Source: Gemmatimonadota bacterium
GTDB lineage: Bacteria > Gemmatimonadota > Gemmatimonadetes > Palauibacterales > Palauibacteraceae
Reading direction: 5' to 3'
NCBI GenBank assembly: GCA_039588275.1
Contig: JBDHAC010000024.1
Coordinates: forward strand, 26,626-90,625
DNA: 64,000 nt
The notes under the pieces are model-generated. The model searched no databases. It was not told the DNA's origin and worked only from the letters and a program-made list of their open reading frames with translations. Both the position numbers and the translations under genes were made by a program. Of this stretch, positions 9,960 to 19,303 are shown in pieces (the stretch's first letter is position 1; each line of letters opens with the position of its first letter).

Positions 9960-11756
9960 CTATTGGTTGGCTGTCTCGCAGAAGGTGGGCGGCTCGTACG
10001 TCCAACCGCGACGCAATCGACGTTCCTCACGTCTCATCATGAACCCGGCGTACCGTCCGACGAGCGGACCCACCGCGCGAGCCTTGAACCCGAACTCATG
10101 GTAGAAATCGCGCAGGATCCGGCCGATCTTCGACTCCAGGATCGGGTCGGCACGCGCCCACCGCCGGGCCGCCCACAACGCCCCCCCGTAACTGGCGGCG
10201 AGATTGCGGGCCTCCCACGTGAACCGCGCGCGTATTCGGGAGTCGGAGTGGTTCCGGTACCGGCGCCAACCCTGCAACGTGGTCCGCGCGACCCTCACGA
10301 TGCTCGGCCCGTTCACCTTGAAGTCGCGCTCGAACGCCCTCCGGAGGAACTCCGCCTCCTGTCCATCCTTGATGTGGGGGTGGCGGTGGCTGAACCGGAA
10401 TTGTCCGTGCCGGTCCGCCTCGGGGCATTCCTCGGGATCGACGAGCGTGCCCTTCTCGAGATGCTCCTCGTACAGCGGCGTTCCCGCCACGGGCGTGTAC
10501 AGCATGAACTGATGAAAGTCCGTGTCGTGAGCCACGGCGTAGTCGATGGCGGCATCGATGTTGTCCGGCGTGTGCTCCTCGAGCCCGATGATGGTCGAGC
10601 CAAGCACGCGGATGCCGTGGCTCTGAAGTCCGCGCACCAATTCCTGTGTGTTGATTCCCTCGAGCTTGCTGTAGTCCGCGTCCGCGCCCTCGAGTCCCAT
10701 CCAGACCCACGAGATCCCGAGAGCTACCAGCTGCTCGATCGTGTATCGCTGGAGTACGTTGGCCGAGCTGAACGAGTACAGAGCCCAGGGCTTGTCGTTG
10801 TCCGCCATGAGGTCCAGCAGTCGCAGCGCCCGCTTGCGGTACAGCAGGAAGTTCTCGTCCATCACGAAGAATGATCGCACCCGCATCGCGTCTTCAAGCT
10901 CGCACATGACGTCGAACAGCTCGTCCCCCGTCTCGTAGAAGTGGACGAACTTCCCCTTTCCGCCGAACATCGCCGATGTCGCGCAGAAATTGCAGCCCAT
11001 CGGACAGCCCACGGAGGGGATCAGCGTCGCCGCGGTGTCGCGGGGTCGGCGCCTGAGGGGGATTCCCATCGAGCGCGCTCCAATGCCGGAGAGGATATGG
11101 GGGTGCCGGATCGGGCGGTCTTCGTCTTCCGAGAGAAAACGCCGCATCCAGCGCACGCCCTCGCCCCGGACGACGTGGTCAGCGTCGATGCGCCGGTGCA
11201 GGTCGGGAAGGTTGGCGACGTGACCCCCGACTACGATCGTGGCCTCGGGCGCGTGCTCGCGAATCAGCTCGCACATCTTCCGCACCTTCCCGACGTTGGG
11301 TTGGATCGCTCCGATTCCCACGATGTCGTATCGGTGCGTCGCGACCTCGTGAATGAAGCGGTCCATGGTCGGGAAATCCAGGAGCGTGCAGGGAGCGTCG
11401 ATGTTGTTCTGGATGAGCATGAGCCCCCAGGAACGATGGAACATCCGCACCGAGAATCCTCGCTGTCCCCGGGTAACCTGGTTGTGGTAGAGCTCCATCG
11501 GGTTGATGGCCCGGCTCCCGTACTCGTCATCGCGGGCGTAGGGACCGAACACGCTGCTCAACAACACCCGCGCCTCGGATCGCAGCGGATGACGAGGGTG
11601 ATCGGACCGGGTAGCGCCGAGGGCAGGAATCAACGTCCGGCTGTCTCCAGGAAGAGGGTCCGTCCAGGCGGAAGCGATAGGCGCCAGCTCACGGCGTCGG
11701 TCACCACGCTCAAACGGATATGAAGGTACGCAAGTCGGTAGTCCGCGCCACCTCAA
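9960..11756 (-). CDS. Cobalamin-binding radical SAM protein (start uncertain)
   Basis: GCPMGCNFC CxxxCxxC motif; B12-binding region DIVGIG...IVVGGHVA...VVRGEG; FVMDENF, MGLEG, YTPVAGTPLY. Confidence 0.9.
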   Translation of the reverse strand: MRWRGLPTCVPSYPFERGDRRRELAPIASAWTDPLPGDSRTLIPALGATRSDHPRHPLRSEARVLLSSVFGPYARDDEYGSRAINPMELYHNQVTRGQRGFSVRMFHRSWGLMLIQNNIDAPCTLLDFPTMDRFIHEVATHRYDIVGIGAIQPNVGKVRKMCELIREHAPEATIVVGGHVANLPDLHRRIDADHVVRGEGVRWMRRFLSEDEDRPIRHPHILSGIGARSMGIPLRRRPRDTAATLIPSVGCPMGCNFCATSAMFGGKGKFVHFYETGDELFDVMCELEDAMRVRSFFVMDENFLLYRKRALRLLDLMADNDKPWALYSFSSANVLQRYTIEQLVALGISWVWMGLEGADADYSKLEGINTQELVRGLQSHGIRVLGSTIIGLEEHTPDNIDAAIDYAVAHDTDFHQFMLYTPVAGTPLYEEHLEKGTLVDPEECPEADRHGQFRFSHRHPHIKDGQEAEFLRRAFERDFKVNGPSIVRVARTTLQGWRRYRNHSDSRIRARFTWEARNLAASYGGALWAARRWARADPILESKIGRILRDFYHEFGFKARAVGPLVGRYAGFMMRREERRLRRGWTYEPPTFCETANQ

Positions 11757-11778
11757 CCCTTTCTGCGTATGTGTCGCC

Positions 11779-13035
11779 CTAAAAGAACCGACTCAGCCTG
11801 AGCGTCAGGAAATCGTCCCGGCGAAGGTCGTGGACCGGCGCGGTCGCGTCGGTATTGAAGAGCCAGCGAGCCTCCAGCTCGGCTACCCAGCGATCGCCGA
11901 ACCGCCGCTCGGCCTCGAGGAACGCGATGATCTCGCCGCTCTCGTAATCCACCACGGGGCCGCCGAGTATGGAGGTATCGGCGAGGTCGTTGAACGCCCA
12001 CCGGAAGCCCACGAACACGTCGTGATCGAACGCGGTGAAAGGCGCTTCCTCACTCCTTCCATCGAGCATGACCTCGGCCAGCAAACCGAGGTCGGCGGGG
12101 CCGGGTCCGATGCCGAACAGGGTGTGCTCGACGCCCCCGACGGCGGCCAGGAACCGGTCACCGTGCCCGCCGCGGGTCATGGCCTCGAGCTTCCACAGCG
12201 TGGCGCCGCGCGTCCACTGCGCGTCGAGCGAGACCTGATCGATGATGTCGTACTGTGGCTGGAGCGCGAGCCCGTCACCGGTCGACACCGGCACGAGCAA
12301 CGGTTCTCGGCCGGTACCGCGAAACGCGGACACGGCCAGGTCGAGCTCCCCGATGAAGTACGACCACCGCACCGCGAGATCGGGGTGCCAGCGCCCCGCG
12401 CCAGACCCGTAGGCCGCGTCGTCGAGCACCGGGAGCGGCCCGCGCAAACGACCGCGATCCCCGGGGTACGTGCGCTCGCGGAAGTACGGAAGCACGAAGA
12501 AGTCGATCGCGCCCCAGTCTCGCTCGAGCGTGAAGTTGACCATGGGCTGCCCGAGCTTGTCCTCTGTGTCGATGTCCTCGACCCCGTCCGTCTGGTTGAT
12601 GATATCGACCAGGTGATGGGCCTCGGTCTTGCCCCAAAAGACCTTTCCGACGCCGGCGAGCAGCGTCCAACCCTCTCCCAGCCAAAGCGCGCTCGCCTCG
12701 CGCACATCGAAGTGCGTGCGGCTCCCATCGTGCGCGTCGATGCGAAAGAACGGCTTCAGTCGAAGCTGGAGTTGGCCGCTCGACGACTCCCAGATGAGCT
12801 CCGGCTCGAGCCCGATCGAGGGTGACACCGCCGCTCCCCGCTGATCGACGAACGCCGGGTCGCTGGGGAAGAGCCTCGTCTCCACGAAGGCGCTACCGCG
12901 GATTTCCTGCCCGTCGAGGGTCGCCGGTCCGAAGGGGGCCACGGCCCCCCCGAGAACGGCTGCCACCAGGAGTCGTCGGCGCGGAACGCGCGGGCGCAAA
13001 GTGCCCACGAGGCGGGTTCGTCGAAGCGATCGCAT
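11779..13035 (-). CDS. Putative outer-membrane beta-barrel protein
   Basis: Signal peptide; alternating amphipathic strands (GVGKVFWG..E.HHLVDIINQTD); C-terminal FLTLRLSRFF with terminal Phe. Confidence 0.75.
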   Translation of the reverse strand: MRSLRRTRLVGTLRPRVPRRRLLVAAVLGGAVAPFGPATLDGQEIRGSAFVETRLFPSDPAFVDQRGAAVSPSIGLEPELIWESSSGQLQLRLKPFFRIDAHDGSRTHFDVREASALWLGEGWTLLAGVGKVFWGKTEAHHLVDIINQTDGVEDIDTEDKLGQPMVNFTLERDWGAIDFFVLPYFRERTYPGDRGRLRGPLPVLDDAAYGSGAGRWHPDLAVRWSYFIGELDLAVSAFRGTGREPLLVPVSTGDGLALQPQYDIIDQVSLDAQWTRGATLWKLEAMTRGGHGDRFLAAVGGVEHTLFGIGPGPADLGLLAEVMLDGRSEEAPFTAFDHDVFVGFRWAFNDLADTSILGGPVVDYESGEIIAFLEAERRFGDRWVAELEARWLFNTDATAPVHDLRRDDFLTLRLSRFF

Positions 13036-13043
13036 GGTCCCCC

Positions 13044-13886
13044 CTACCGCGTGCGCCGCAGACGCGACGGCGTGAACTCGCCCTCCGAGAGTCCGTTCCC
13101 GAACGACCACTCGTCGAACACCAGCTCGGTGCTCTTGCCGTTCTGATGGTTCTCCATGGTCATGCGATCGGGCCGCCAATACTCCCCCGCGTATTCCCTA
13201 TACCCGTGATACAGGAGGGTTTTGAGCAACGTGTCTTTTCGATCGTAGAAGTCGATGCGCTGGATCCGGTACTCGGACACATCCCACCACACGACCTGCT
13301 TCGTGTAACCCGAGTTCTCGTACAGCGGGGTACGCTCGACGACGAAGCACTCCACTCCGCCGCACGATTCCTCGCGCAGGAAGCGGTACTCGTACTTGTC
13401 GACCTCCTGCGAGACGAGGTCCTCGTACGCGAACTCGCTTCCCACGAACGGACCCGACTTGTTGGCCGACGAGATCCGCTTCACCCGCTTGAGCGCGGGG
13501 AGAAAGAGCCACTGATCGTCGGGCTCGAGGATCTTCGTGTGCGAGAGGAGCGAGGTCCCCGCCACATCGCGCGGCGCGTCGAACGTGATCACGCTCTTGT
13601 CGCCTGCCCCTTCGTCGTGGGTCTCGAGCGCCTGCCGTCGCAGCTCGCGCACACTCTCGTCGCCGTTCCGGTTGCGGAGGACCATCCGCATGGTGCTCGC
13701 GTTGTCACCCCAGCCGAGGTCGCGCCGGTCCGCCTCCTCCGCGATCTGCTGGCCCAGCGCCTCGTCGGAATCCTGCGCCAGGACCGGGCTCGCCAATAGA
13801 GCGGCGGCCATCGTGGCCGCGAACACGGCCGCGGGCATCCCACGTCGGGGCCCGAGCTCGGTGAGGTATGTCGTCCTGTATGTCAT
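13044..13886 (-). CDS. Outer-membrane lipoprotein-sorting (LolA-like) protein
   Basis: Signal peptide ..PVLA/QD; FDAPRDVAGTSLL, DDQWLFLPALKRVKRIS, FVGSEFAYEDL, IDFYDRK..LLK. Confidence 0.85.
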   Translation of the reverse strand: MTYRTTYLTELGPRRGMPAAVFAATMAAALLASPVLAQDSDEALGQQIAEEADRRDLGWGDNASTMRMVLRNRNGDESVRELRRQALETHDEGAGDKSVITFDAPRDVAGTSLLSHTKILEPDDQWLFLPALKRVKRISSANKSGPFVGSEFAYEDLVSQEVDKYEYRFLREESCGGVECFVVERTPLYENSGYTKQVVWWDVSEYRIQRIDFYDRKDTLLKTLLYHGYREYAGEYWRPDRMTMENHQNGKSTELVFDEWSFGNGLSEGEFTPSRLRRTR

Positions 13887-13923
13887 CGGAGTGTCTCCTC
13901 GATTGCAGTAGTCAGTGAAATCG

Positions 13924-16335
13924 TCAGAGGGCCGCGGCCTGTGCGGCCGCCTTCCTGGCCGCCTTCGCCACCGCCGCCAGGTCCCCGCTGGTCTCGGGGC
14001 GCTCCGCCCTTTTGCGGTCGAAGGCCAGGAGCAGCGTTGGGAGGAGCAGGAAGTCCACGAACAGCGCTGCGGCCACGGTGAGCGAGGTCAGGAGTCCCAT
14101 GTAGGACGTGACGCGGAACGTGCTCAACCCAAGCATGGCGAACCCGACCGCGACGATGAACGTCGTGCCGAGGATCGCGGTCCCGACCGTGCGGAACGCG
14201 TAACGCACCGCGTCGGGCGCATCCATCGATTTGTTACGCCGCGCGTATGTGTACTTGCTGAGGAAGTGGACCGTGTCGTCGACGATAATCCCGATCGAGA
14301 GCCCGGCCACGACCGAGACGGCGAACCCGACGTCGCCCACGAGCCAGGCCCACACACCGAACGCCAGGGCCGCGGGGAGCACGTTCGGGATAAGGCTGAT
14401 CACGCCCATCCGCACGCTCCGGAGCGCCACGACGAGGATGCCCGCGATGAGGAGAAAACCGAGCCCCGTGCCGAGGATCATCGACGCGATGTTCCTGCGC
14501 GTGATCTTCCCGAACATCATGGGAACACCCGTCGCCCTATCCGTCTGCATGCTCGGCGTACCGTTCTCGGCCAGCCACGCCTCGGCGAGCCGAGTCTCCT
14601 CCTCGACCACGGCCATGTCGACGTCCCCGTACGTCACATCGAGCCGCAACGAGCTCTTGTCGATGTCGATCTGGTCGTTCACGTCGAGTCCATACGGCAG
14701 CGACAGCTCGTACAGAAGCAGGTACTGCGCGGCCAGCTCCTGGCCATCGGGCAGCCGGTACTCGGCCGGGTCATCGGCGTGCAGGTTCTTGTTGAGTCGC
14801 TTCATGGTCCGGGTGAAGCTGTTTACGTGGACCACGGCGGGGCGCGACTCGAGGTAGTCGGCGAACGCGTCAACGGCGGCCAGGTACTCGGGGTCGCTCA
14901 CCTCCTGCGAGCCACCAGCCTCGAGCGAGTATGTCGTGGTGTACACGCCGCTCAGGTTCTCGACCGTGAAATCCGACGCGACCCGGATCGGCAGCGACCG
15001 GTCGAAGTAGTCGATGTACTGGTCGTTGATCCCGAGCCGGGTGATCGAGAGCGACAGGACGACGGCTGCGGCGCCCACCGTGGCCAGAATCGGCCGGTAC
15101 CTGCGGACGACCAGGGTCGAGAACCGGTCGACGATTCGATCAAGCTGACCCCGGCCCGCCTGCGCTCGGTTCCTTGCCGGCATAATCGCGATGACGGCCG
15201 GCAGCACGGTCATCGAGAAGACCCAGGCCACGATCACGCCGAAGGCGGTGATGTTGCCGAGCAGGCGGAAGGGCGGGGAATCGCTGAAGTTGAGGCTCAG
15301 GAACCCGATCGCGGTCGTGATCGAAGTCAGAAAGACCGGCTTGGCGTTGACCCGCAGCGCCTCGACCAGTGCCTCCCGCCTCTCCGTGTTCTCGCGCAGC
15401 GACTGGATCCACGTCACGAGTATGTGGATCGAGTCCGCCACGGCGAGCGTGAGGATGATCGTGGGCGCCGAAGACGAGACCGGGTCGAGTAGCACGCCCA
15501 GGTGTCCGGCCACTCCTACCGCGGTGACGGTCGAGAGCATGAGCACCGTGAGCGTGCCCACGATCCCCGAGATCGTCCGTAGGAAGAGGACGATCGCCAG
15601 CACGAAGGCGCCGAACATGAGCGGCATCACCACCGGCATGTCGCGCATGGGTGCCTCGGCGAACGACCAGTTCATCATCGAGATGCCGGACGCGTGGATC
15701 TCGAGGTCGGTGTAGTCCGCGCGGTACTTCTCGAGCAGCCCCCGCACGTGCTCGACCGTAGCCGGAAGCTCGGCCTTCGACTCACCCGGGAGCGAGATCC
15801 GGACGTTGACGCCCGTCGTGCGAGCGTCCGCCGAGACCAGCCGACCGGCCAGAAGCGGCTCCGTCGTCGCGACCTCGCGCGCACGGGCGACCATCTCGGC
15901 GGTGATCTCGCCCTCCCCGACCAGGTCCTCGACGATCAGGTCATCGCCATCGGCCCAGGTATGCTGGAAGTTCGCGATCCCGTCCACGCGCGTGGAGTTC
16001 GGGATCTGCCACGCGTCCTCGGTCAGCGACCGGATCATCCCCAACACCCGCGGCGTGAACACGTCCCCCTCCCGGGGGCGAATCACGAACAGGACGTTGT
16101 CGTTCTTCGTGTAGATGTTCTCGACCGCCTCGTAGGCCGCGAGATCGGGGTTGTCCGCGCTGAAGAACGTCCGGTAATCCGTGGCGAGCCCCAGCCTGGG
16201 CAGCCCACTCGCGGCTGCGATCGTTGCGAGCAGAGCGAGGGCCAAGACCGACCATCTATGCTTGATCACCCAGCGCGCGTACCGCTGGGTGCGGTTCTCG
16301 GGTCGGATATTCTCGATATCTGGTGCGCGACTCAT
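13924..16335 (-). CDS. MMPL/RND-family transporter
   Basis: Two repeats with LAVADSIH and IIVDDTVHF; LTSITTAIGFLSL; GGAGG 7 nt before ATG 16335. Confidence 0.92.
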   Translation of the reverse strand: MSRAPDIENIRPENRTQRYARWVIKHRWSVLALALLATIAAASGLPRLGLATDYRTFFSADNPDLAAYEAVENIYTKNDNVLFVIRPREGDVFTPRVLGMIRSLTEDAWQIPNSTRVDGIANFQHTWADGDDLIVEDLVGEGEITAEMVARAREVATTEPLLAGRLVSADARTTGVNVRISLPGESKAELPATVEHVRGLLEKYRADYTDLEIHASGISMMNWSFAEAPMRDMPVVMPLMFGAFVLAIVLFLRTISGIVGTLTVLMLSTVTAVGVAGHLGVLLDPVSSSAPTIILTLAVADSIHILVTWIQSLRENTERREALVEALRVNAKPVFLTSITTAIGFLSLNFSDSPPFRLLGNITAFGVIVAWVFSMTVLPAVIAIMPARNRAQAGRGQLDRIVDRFSTLVVRRYRPILATVGAAAVVLSLSITRLGINDQYIDYFDRSLPIRVASDFTVENLSGVYTTTYSLEAGGSQEVSDPEYLAAVDAFADYLESRPAVVHVNSFTRTMKRLNKNLHADDPAEYRLPDGQELAAQYLLLYELSLPYGLDVNDQIDIDKSSLRLDVTYGDVDMAVVEEETRLAEAWLAENGTPSMQTDRATGVPMMFGKITRRNIASMILGTGLGFLLIAGILVVALRSVRMGVISLIPNVLPAALAFGVWAWLVGDVGFAVSVVAGLSIGIIVDDTVHFLSKYTYARRNKSMDAPDAVRYAFRTVGTAILGTTFIVAVGFAMLGLSTFRVTSYMGLLTSLTVAAALFVDFLLLPTLLLAFDRKRAERPETSGDLAAVAKAARKAAAQAAAL

Positions 16336-16517
16336 CCGTTTCCTCCGTGTGGCGTGGGTGGATCGGCAGGTGTCTCGGTGCACGTCTCGGTGCACGCATC
16401 GGTGCATGCGTCGACGGGTGACTTGAGGGGGATTTCCACTTCCTCGACCCACCATATACCGACTGGTTGGTATGTTTTGGTGCGGGCAGAAGCCATGTGC
16501 ATGATCATCGTCTTCAC
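16332..16517 (-). CDS. Small peptide with (D/E)(A/T)CT repeats (putative)
   Basis: Up to 61 aa; fills the tetR-MMPL gap; its stop overlaps the MMPL ATG (ATGA); weak RBS, start uncertain. Confidence 0.4.
   Translation of the reverse strand: MKTMIMHMASARTKTYQPVGIWWVEEVEIPLKSPVDACTDACTETCTETPADPPTPHGGNG
16371..16412 (-). repeat. 3.5 x 12-bp tandem repeat
   Basis: GACGCATGCACC GATGCGTGCACC GAGACGTGCACC GAGACA on the minus strand. Confidence 0.85.
16456..16473. promoter_or_regulatory. Putative TetR operator 2
   Basis: Imperfect palindrome ATACCGACTGGTTGGTAT sharing the ATACCGAC half-site with the site at the tetR start. Confidence 0.6.
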
Positions 16518-16540
16518 TCGTTGGGATTCGGGTCGCTCGG

Positions 16541-17200
16541 TTAGGCGGCGGGCGCCTCGGCCAAGGCCGGCCGCAGGCTCTCGAGGAGCTGTAGGAACAT
16601 CGTCGTCGCCGAGCCGGTGACCTCACGATCACGGCTGCTCTTCATGGTCGCGGCGAGGCCCTCGACGCTCGACACGATGAACGCGGCCGCGGCGGCGGGA
16701 TCCACATCCTCTCGAACGGTCCCGGCCGCCTTTCCGCGCTCGAACGCCTCCGCGAGACCCGCGCGCCACTCGTCGCATACTCGGGCGAGATGGTCGTGGA
16801 AGCCCTCCCCGGCGTTGGCAAGCTCCTGGACCAGGTTGTTGAGCGGACAGCCGCAGGCCATCTCCTGGTCGGTGAAGTTGGCCATCACTTCGGTGGCATG
16901 CTCGCGCAGCGCCGTGATCGGGTCGTCCGACTCTCGGATGGGATCCGCCCAGCGCTCGATCATGAACGGCCGGATCACTTCATCGATCACGGCCTTGGCG
17001 AGCTCGGCCTTGCTGCCAAAATGATGGTACAGGGCACCCTTGGTCACACCCGAGTTCGCCAGGATCCGGTCCAGGCTCGCTCGCGTGTATCCGTGCTCGT
17101 AGATCTCCTGAAACGCGCAGTGAAGCAAACACTCGCGCGTCGCTTCGGGATCTCTCGTACGCCCCTTAGGGACCTGGTGCGTCTCGATTCCACATTTCAT
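16541..17200 (-). CDS. TetR/AcrR family transcriptional regulator
   Basis: HTH GYTRASLDRILANSGVTKGALYHHFGSKAEL; GCPLNNL C-domain motif. Confidence 0.93.
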   Translation of the reverse strand: MKCGIETHQVPKGRTRDPEATRECLLHCAFQEIYEHGYTRASLDRILANSGVTKGALYHHFGSKAELAKAVIDEVIRPFMIERWADPIRESDDPITALREHATEVMANFTDQEMACGCPLNNLVQELANAGEGFHDHLARVCDEWRAGLAEAFERGKAAGTVREDVDPAAAAAFIVSSVEGLAATMKSSRDREVTGSATTMFLQLLESLRPALAEAPAA

Positions 17201-17236
17201 ACCGACCAGTATGTATGAAACGGGCAGGCCTGTCAA
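17198..17236 (-). promoter_or_regulatory. sigma-70 promoter of tetR overlapped by operator 1; leaderless start
   Basis: TTGACA (17236-17231), 17 bp, CATACT (17213-17208), 7 nt, ATG; imperfect palindrome CATACCGACCAGTATGTATG at 17198-17217. Confidence 0.7.
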
Positions 17237-17267
17237 CCCCCACGTGAGGCTGGACCTCTGGACTAAC

Positions 17268-17292
17268 AGAAAGCCCGCCATGCGACGGGCTC
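17268..17292 (-). terminator. Probable intrinsic terminator
   Basis: AGCCCGTC-GCAT-GGCGGGCT stem followed by TTCTG on the minus strand, just after the 17319 stop. Confidence 0.5.
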
Positions 17293-17318
17293 TCTGTGCA
17301 ACGCCGAAGCACTGGTAG

Positions 17319-17810
17319 CTACCGGATCGGCACCATCAGATGCGTCCCGCGTCCTTCACCCATGGCGTACGGAAGCCCGGACTCTTCGTCGGCGTCGAAG
17401 CCTGCGACAGCCTCGGGGCCTGCGTAGATCATCAGGTGCGGCTCATCTCCCGCGAGCATGTAGGAGATCGCGATACCGTCGAACTCCACTTCCTCACCCC
17501 TGCTGCGGGCCTTCTGTCTCTCGACGGAAGCGGGGTCCCAGCACGCGGGCTCCATTTCGTCATCGGCGCCCGGGAAGCATCCCCATCCGTTGGTGCCCTC
17601 GCGGAGCACGATCCAATCTTCTCCGTTCTCGCCCTCGCGAACGTAGATGGTGGCTTCCGCCGAGATCGAGGCCGGAGCGGCCAGCATCGCTTTGTGGATC
17701 CTCCAATTCGTCGTGGCCTCGTCCTGCGCCTGGACGGAGCCAGGGAGCGTGATGAGCAGAACCGCGAGCGCGATCCCGGTGAGGACGATGTTCAGAGTAA
17801 GTCTCCGCAT
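17319..17810 (-). CDS. Secreted hypothetical protein
   Basis: AGGAGG RBS; signal peptide ..SVQA/QD; LREGTNGWGCFP..PACWD..SYMLAGD..PHLMI. Confidence 0.75.
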   Translation of the reverse strand: MRRLTLNIVLTGIALAVLLITLPGSVQAQDEATTNWRIHKAMLAAPASISAEATIYVREGENGEDWIVLREGTNGWGCFPGADDEMEPACWDPASVERQKARSRGEEVEFDGIAISYMLAGDEPHLMIYAGPEAVAGFDADEESGLPYAMGEGRGTHLMVPIR

Positions 17811-18023
17811 AGTACCTCCTCGTGGGGGGTGTGGGGCAAAGGACGCGCGAAGATAGGGGACCCCTTCGACGCACCACAAGCGTGCCCGTGACCACGCCGC
17901 AGCCCCGGCGTCCATGCGCCCGGCGTTGGCCCATCAGGTCGACATCCGGGATCGAACCCTGTTATTTCCGAGGCGAGTCCGACGACCAACGCAGTTCCGC
18001 GTGAAGATCGAACCAGGACGCCC

Positions 18024-19172
18024 GTGATGACGCGAACTCTCATTCTCGGCGCCGGCTTCGGCGGCCTCACCGTAGCCACCGAGCTTCGGGGACGGTTTGG
18101 CCCCGACCACGATATCATCCTGATCGACCGGCGACCGGACTTCCTGATGGGACTCCGGAAGCTGTGGGCCCTCGTCGGGATCGGCAGTCTTGAAGACGGC
18201 AGTCGATCCCGTGCGCTCCTCGAGGAGCGCGGGCTGCGCTTCTTGCAGGAGCAGATCCTGGCCATCGACCCCGTGACCCGAAGCGTCCGGGCGGAGACCG
18301 GATCGACCGACGCGGATCACCTGGTCGTCGCGCTCGGCGCGAAACCCCGTCCCGATCTCGTTCTCGGGCTGTCCGAGCACGGGCACAACGTGTGGGACCC
18401 CCGGGCGGTACCGGGTCTCTCCGACGCCCTGGCGGGGCTCGACCAGGGGACGATCGCGATCGTGATCGCCGGTGTGCCCTATACCTGCCCCCCGGCGCCG
18501 TACGAGTGCGCCATGCTGCTGGACGACGATCTGAGGCAGCGCGGGCTCCGCGATCGCATCCGGATCGTCGTCAGCACGCTTCAGCCGCTACTGATGCCGA
18601 ATGCGGGGGCCGAAGGCTCCGCGTGGCTCGGCGAGCAGCTTCAGGCCCGGGGGATCGAGCACCACACCGGGCGGCAGGTCGAGCGGGTGGAGGCGGACCG
18701 CGTCGTGTTCGCGGACGGCGACCTCGCCTTCGATGTGCTCATCGGCGTGCCGCCGCACCGGCCCCCGAGCTTGATCGCCGATAGCGGCCTGGCCGGGGAC
18801 ACCCCGTGGATCGAAGTCGATCCCGGTACCCTGCGGACCTCTTACGAGGGTGTGTACGCGATCGGCGACGTTACCAAGATTACGCTCGCGAACGGCCTCC
18901 CCCTGCCGAAGGCCGGTCTGATGGCGGAGCTGGAGGGCGAGCGGGTAGCGGCTGCCATCGCGGCCGAGCTACGCGGCGATGAGCCCCCGCCTCCGTTCGA
19001 TGGCCGGGGCTACTGCTTCATGGAAATGGGGAAGACGAGCGCGACCCTGATCGAGGGCGAGTTCTTCGCGGCTCCCGAGCCGCGGGTCCGACTCGGCGAC
19101 GTCTCGTCCAAGAACGCGGAAGACAAGCACCGCTTCGAGGCTGAGCGGTTGGAGCGTTGGTTCGGGGGGTAG
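18024..19172 (+). CDS. FAD-dependent sulfide:quinone oxidoreductase-like protein
   Basis: ILGAGFGG; YTCPPAPYE; YAIGDV; LPKAG; FDGRGYCFMEMG. Confidence 0.8.
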   Translation: MMTRTLILGAGFGGLTVATELRGRFGPDHDIILIDRRPDFLMGLRKLWALVGIGSLEDGSRSRALLEERGLRFLQEQILAIDPVTRSVRAETGSTDADHLVVALGAKPRPDLVLGLSEHGHNVWDPRAVPGLSDALAGLDQGTIAIVIAGVPYTCPPAPYECAMLLDDDLRQRGLRDRIRIVVSTLQPLLMPNAGAEGSAWLGEQLQARGIEHHTGRQVERVEADRVVFADGDLAFDVLIGVPPHRPPSLIADSGLAGDTPWIEVDPGTLRTSYEGVYAIGDVTKITLANGLPLPKAGLMAELEGERVAAAIAAELRGDEPPPPFDGRGYCFMEMGKTSATLIEGEFFAAPEPRVRLGDVSSKNAEDKHRFEAERLERWFGG

Positions 19173-19303
19173 ACTCTTTCTGAGCGCCGGCCACGGAGCA
19201 GGTTCCCCCGGAGGGGTGGCCCGGTCCGTTCGATCAGGGTACATCCGATTACCGTAATCGAGCGTTTCACGCCCGTGGTTACCCCAGCCGAGGAGATCCA
19301 GGC

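Noticed and set aside
9960..11756. Naming the radical SAM enzyme hpnP, hpnR or bchE
   Set aside because: Only general B12-rSAM motifs are visible, and there is no hopanoid or bacteriochlorophyll gene context.
16371..16412. Repeat as a CRISPR array
   Set aside because: The units are 12 bp with no spacers, and there are no cas genes.
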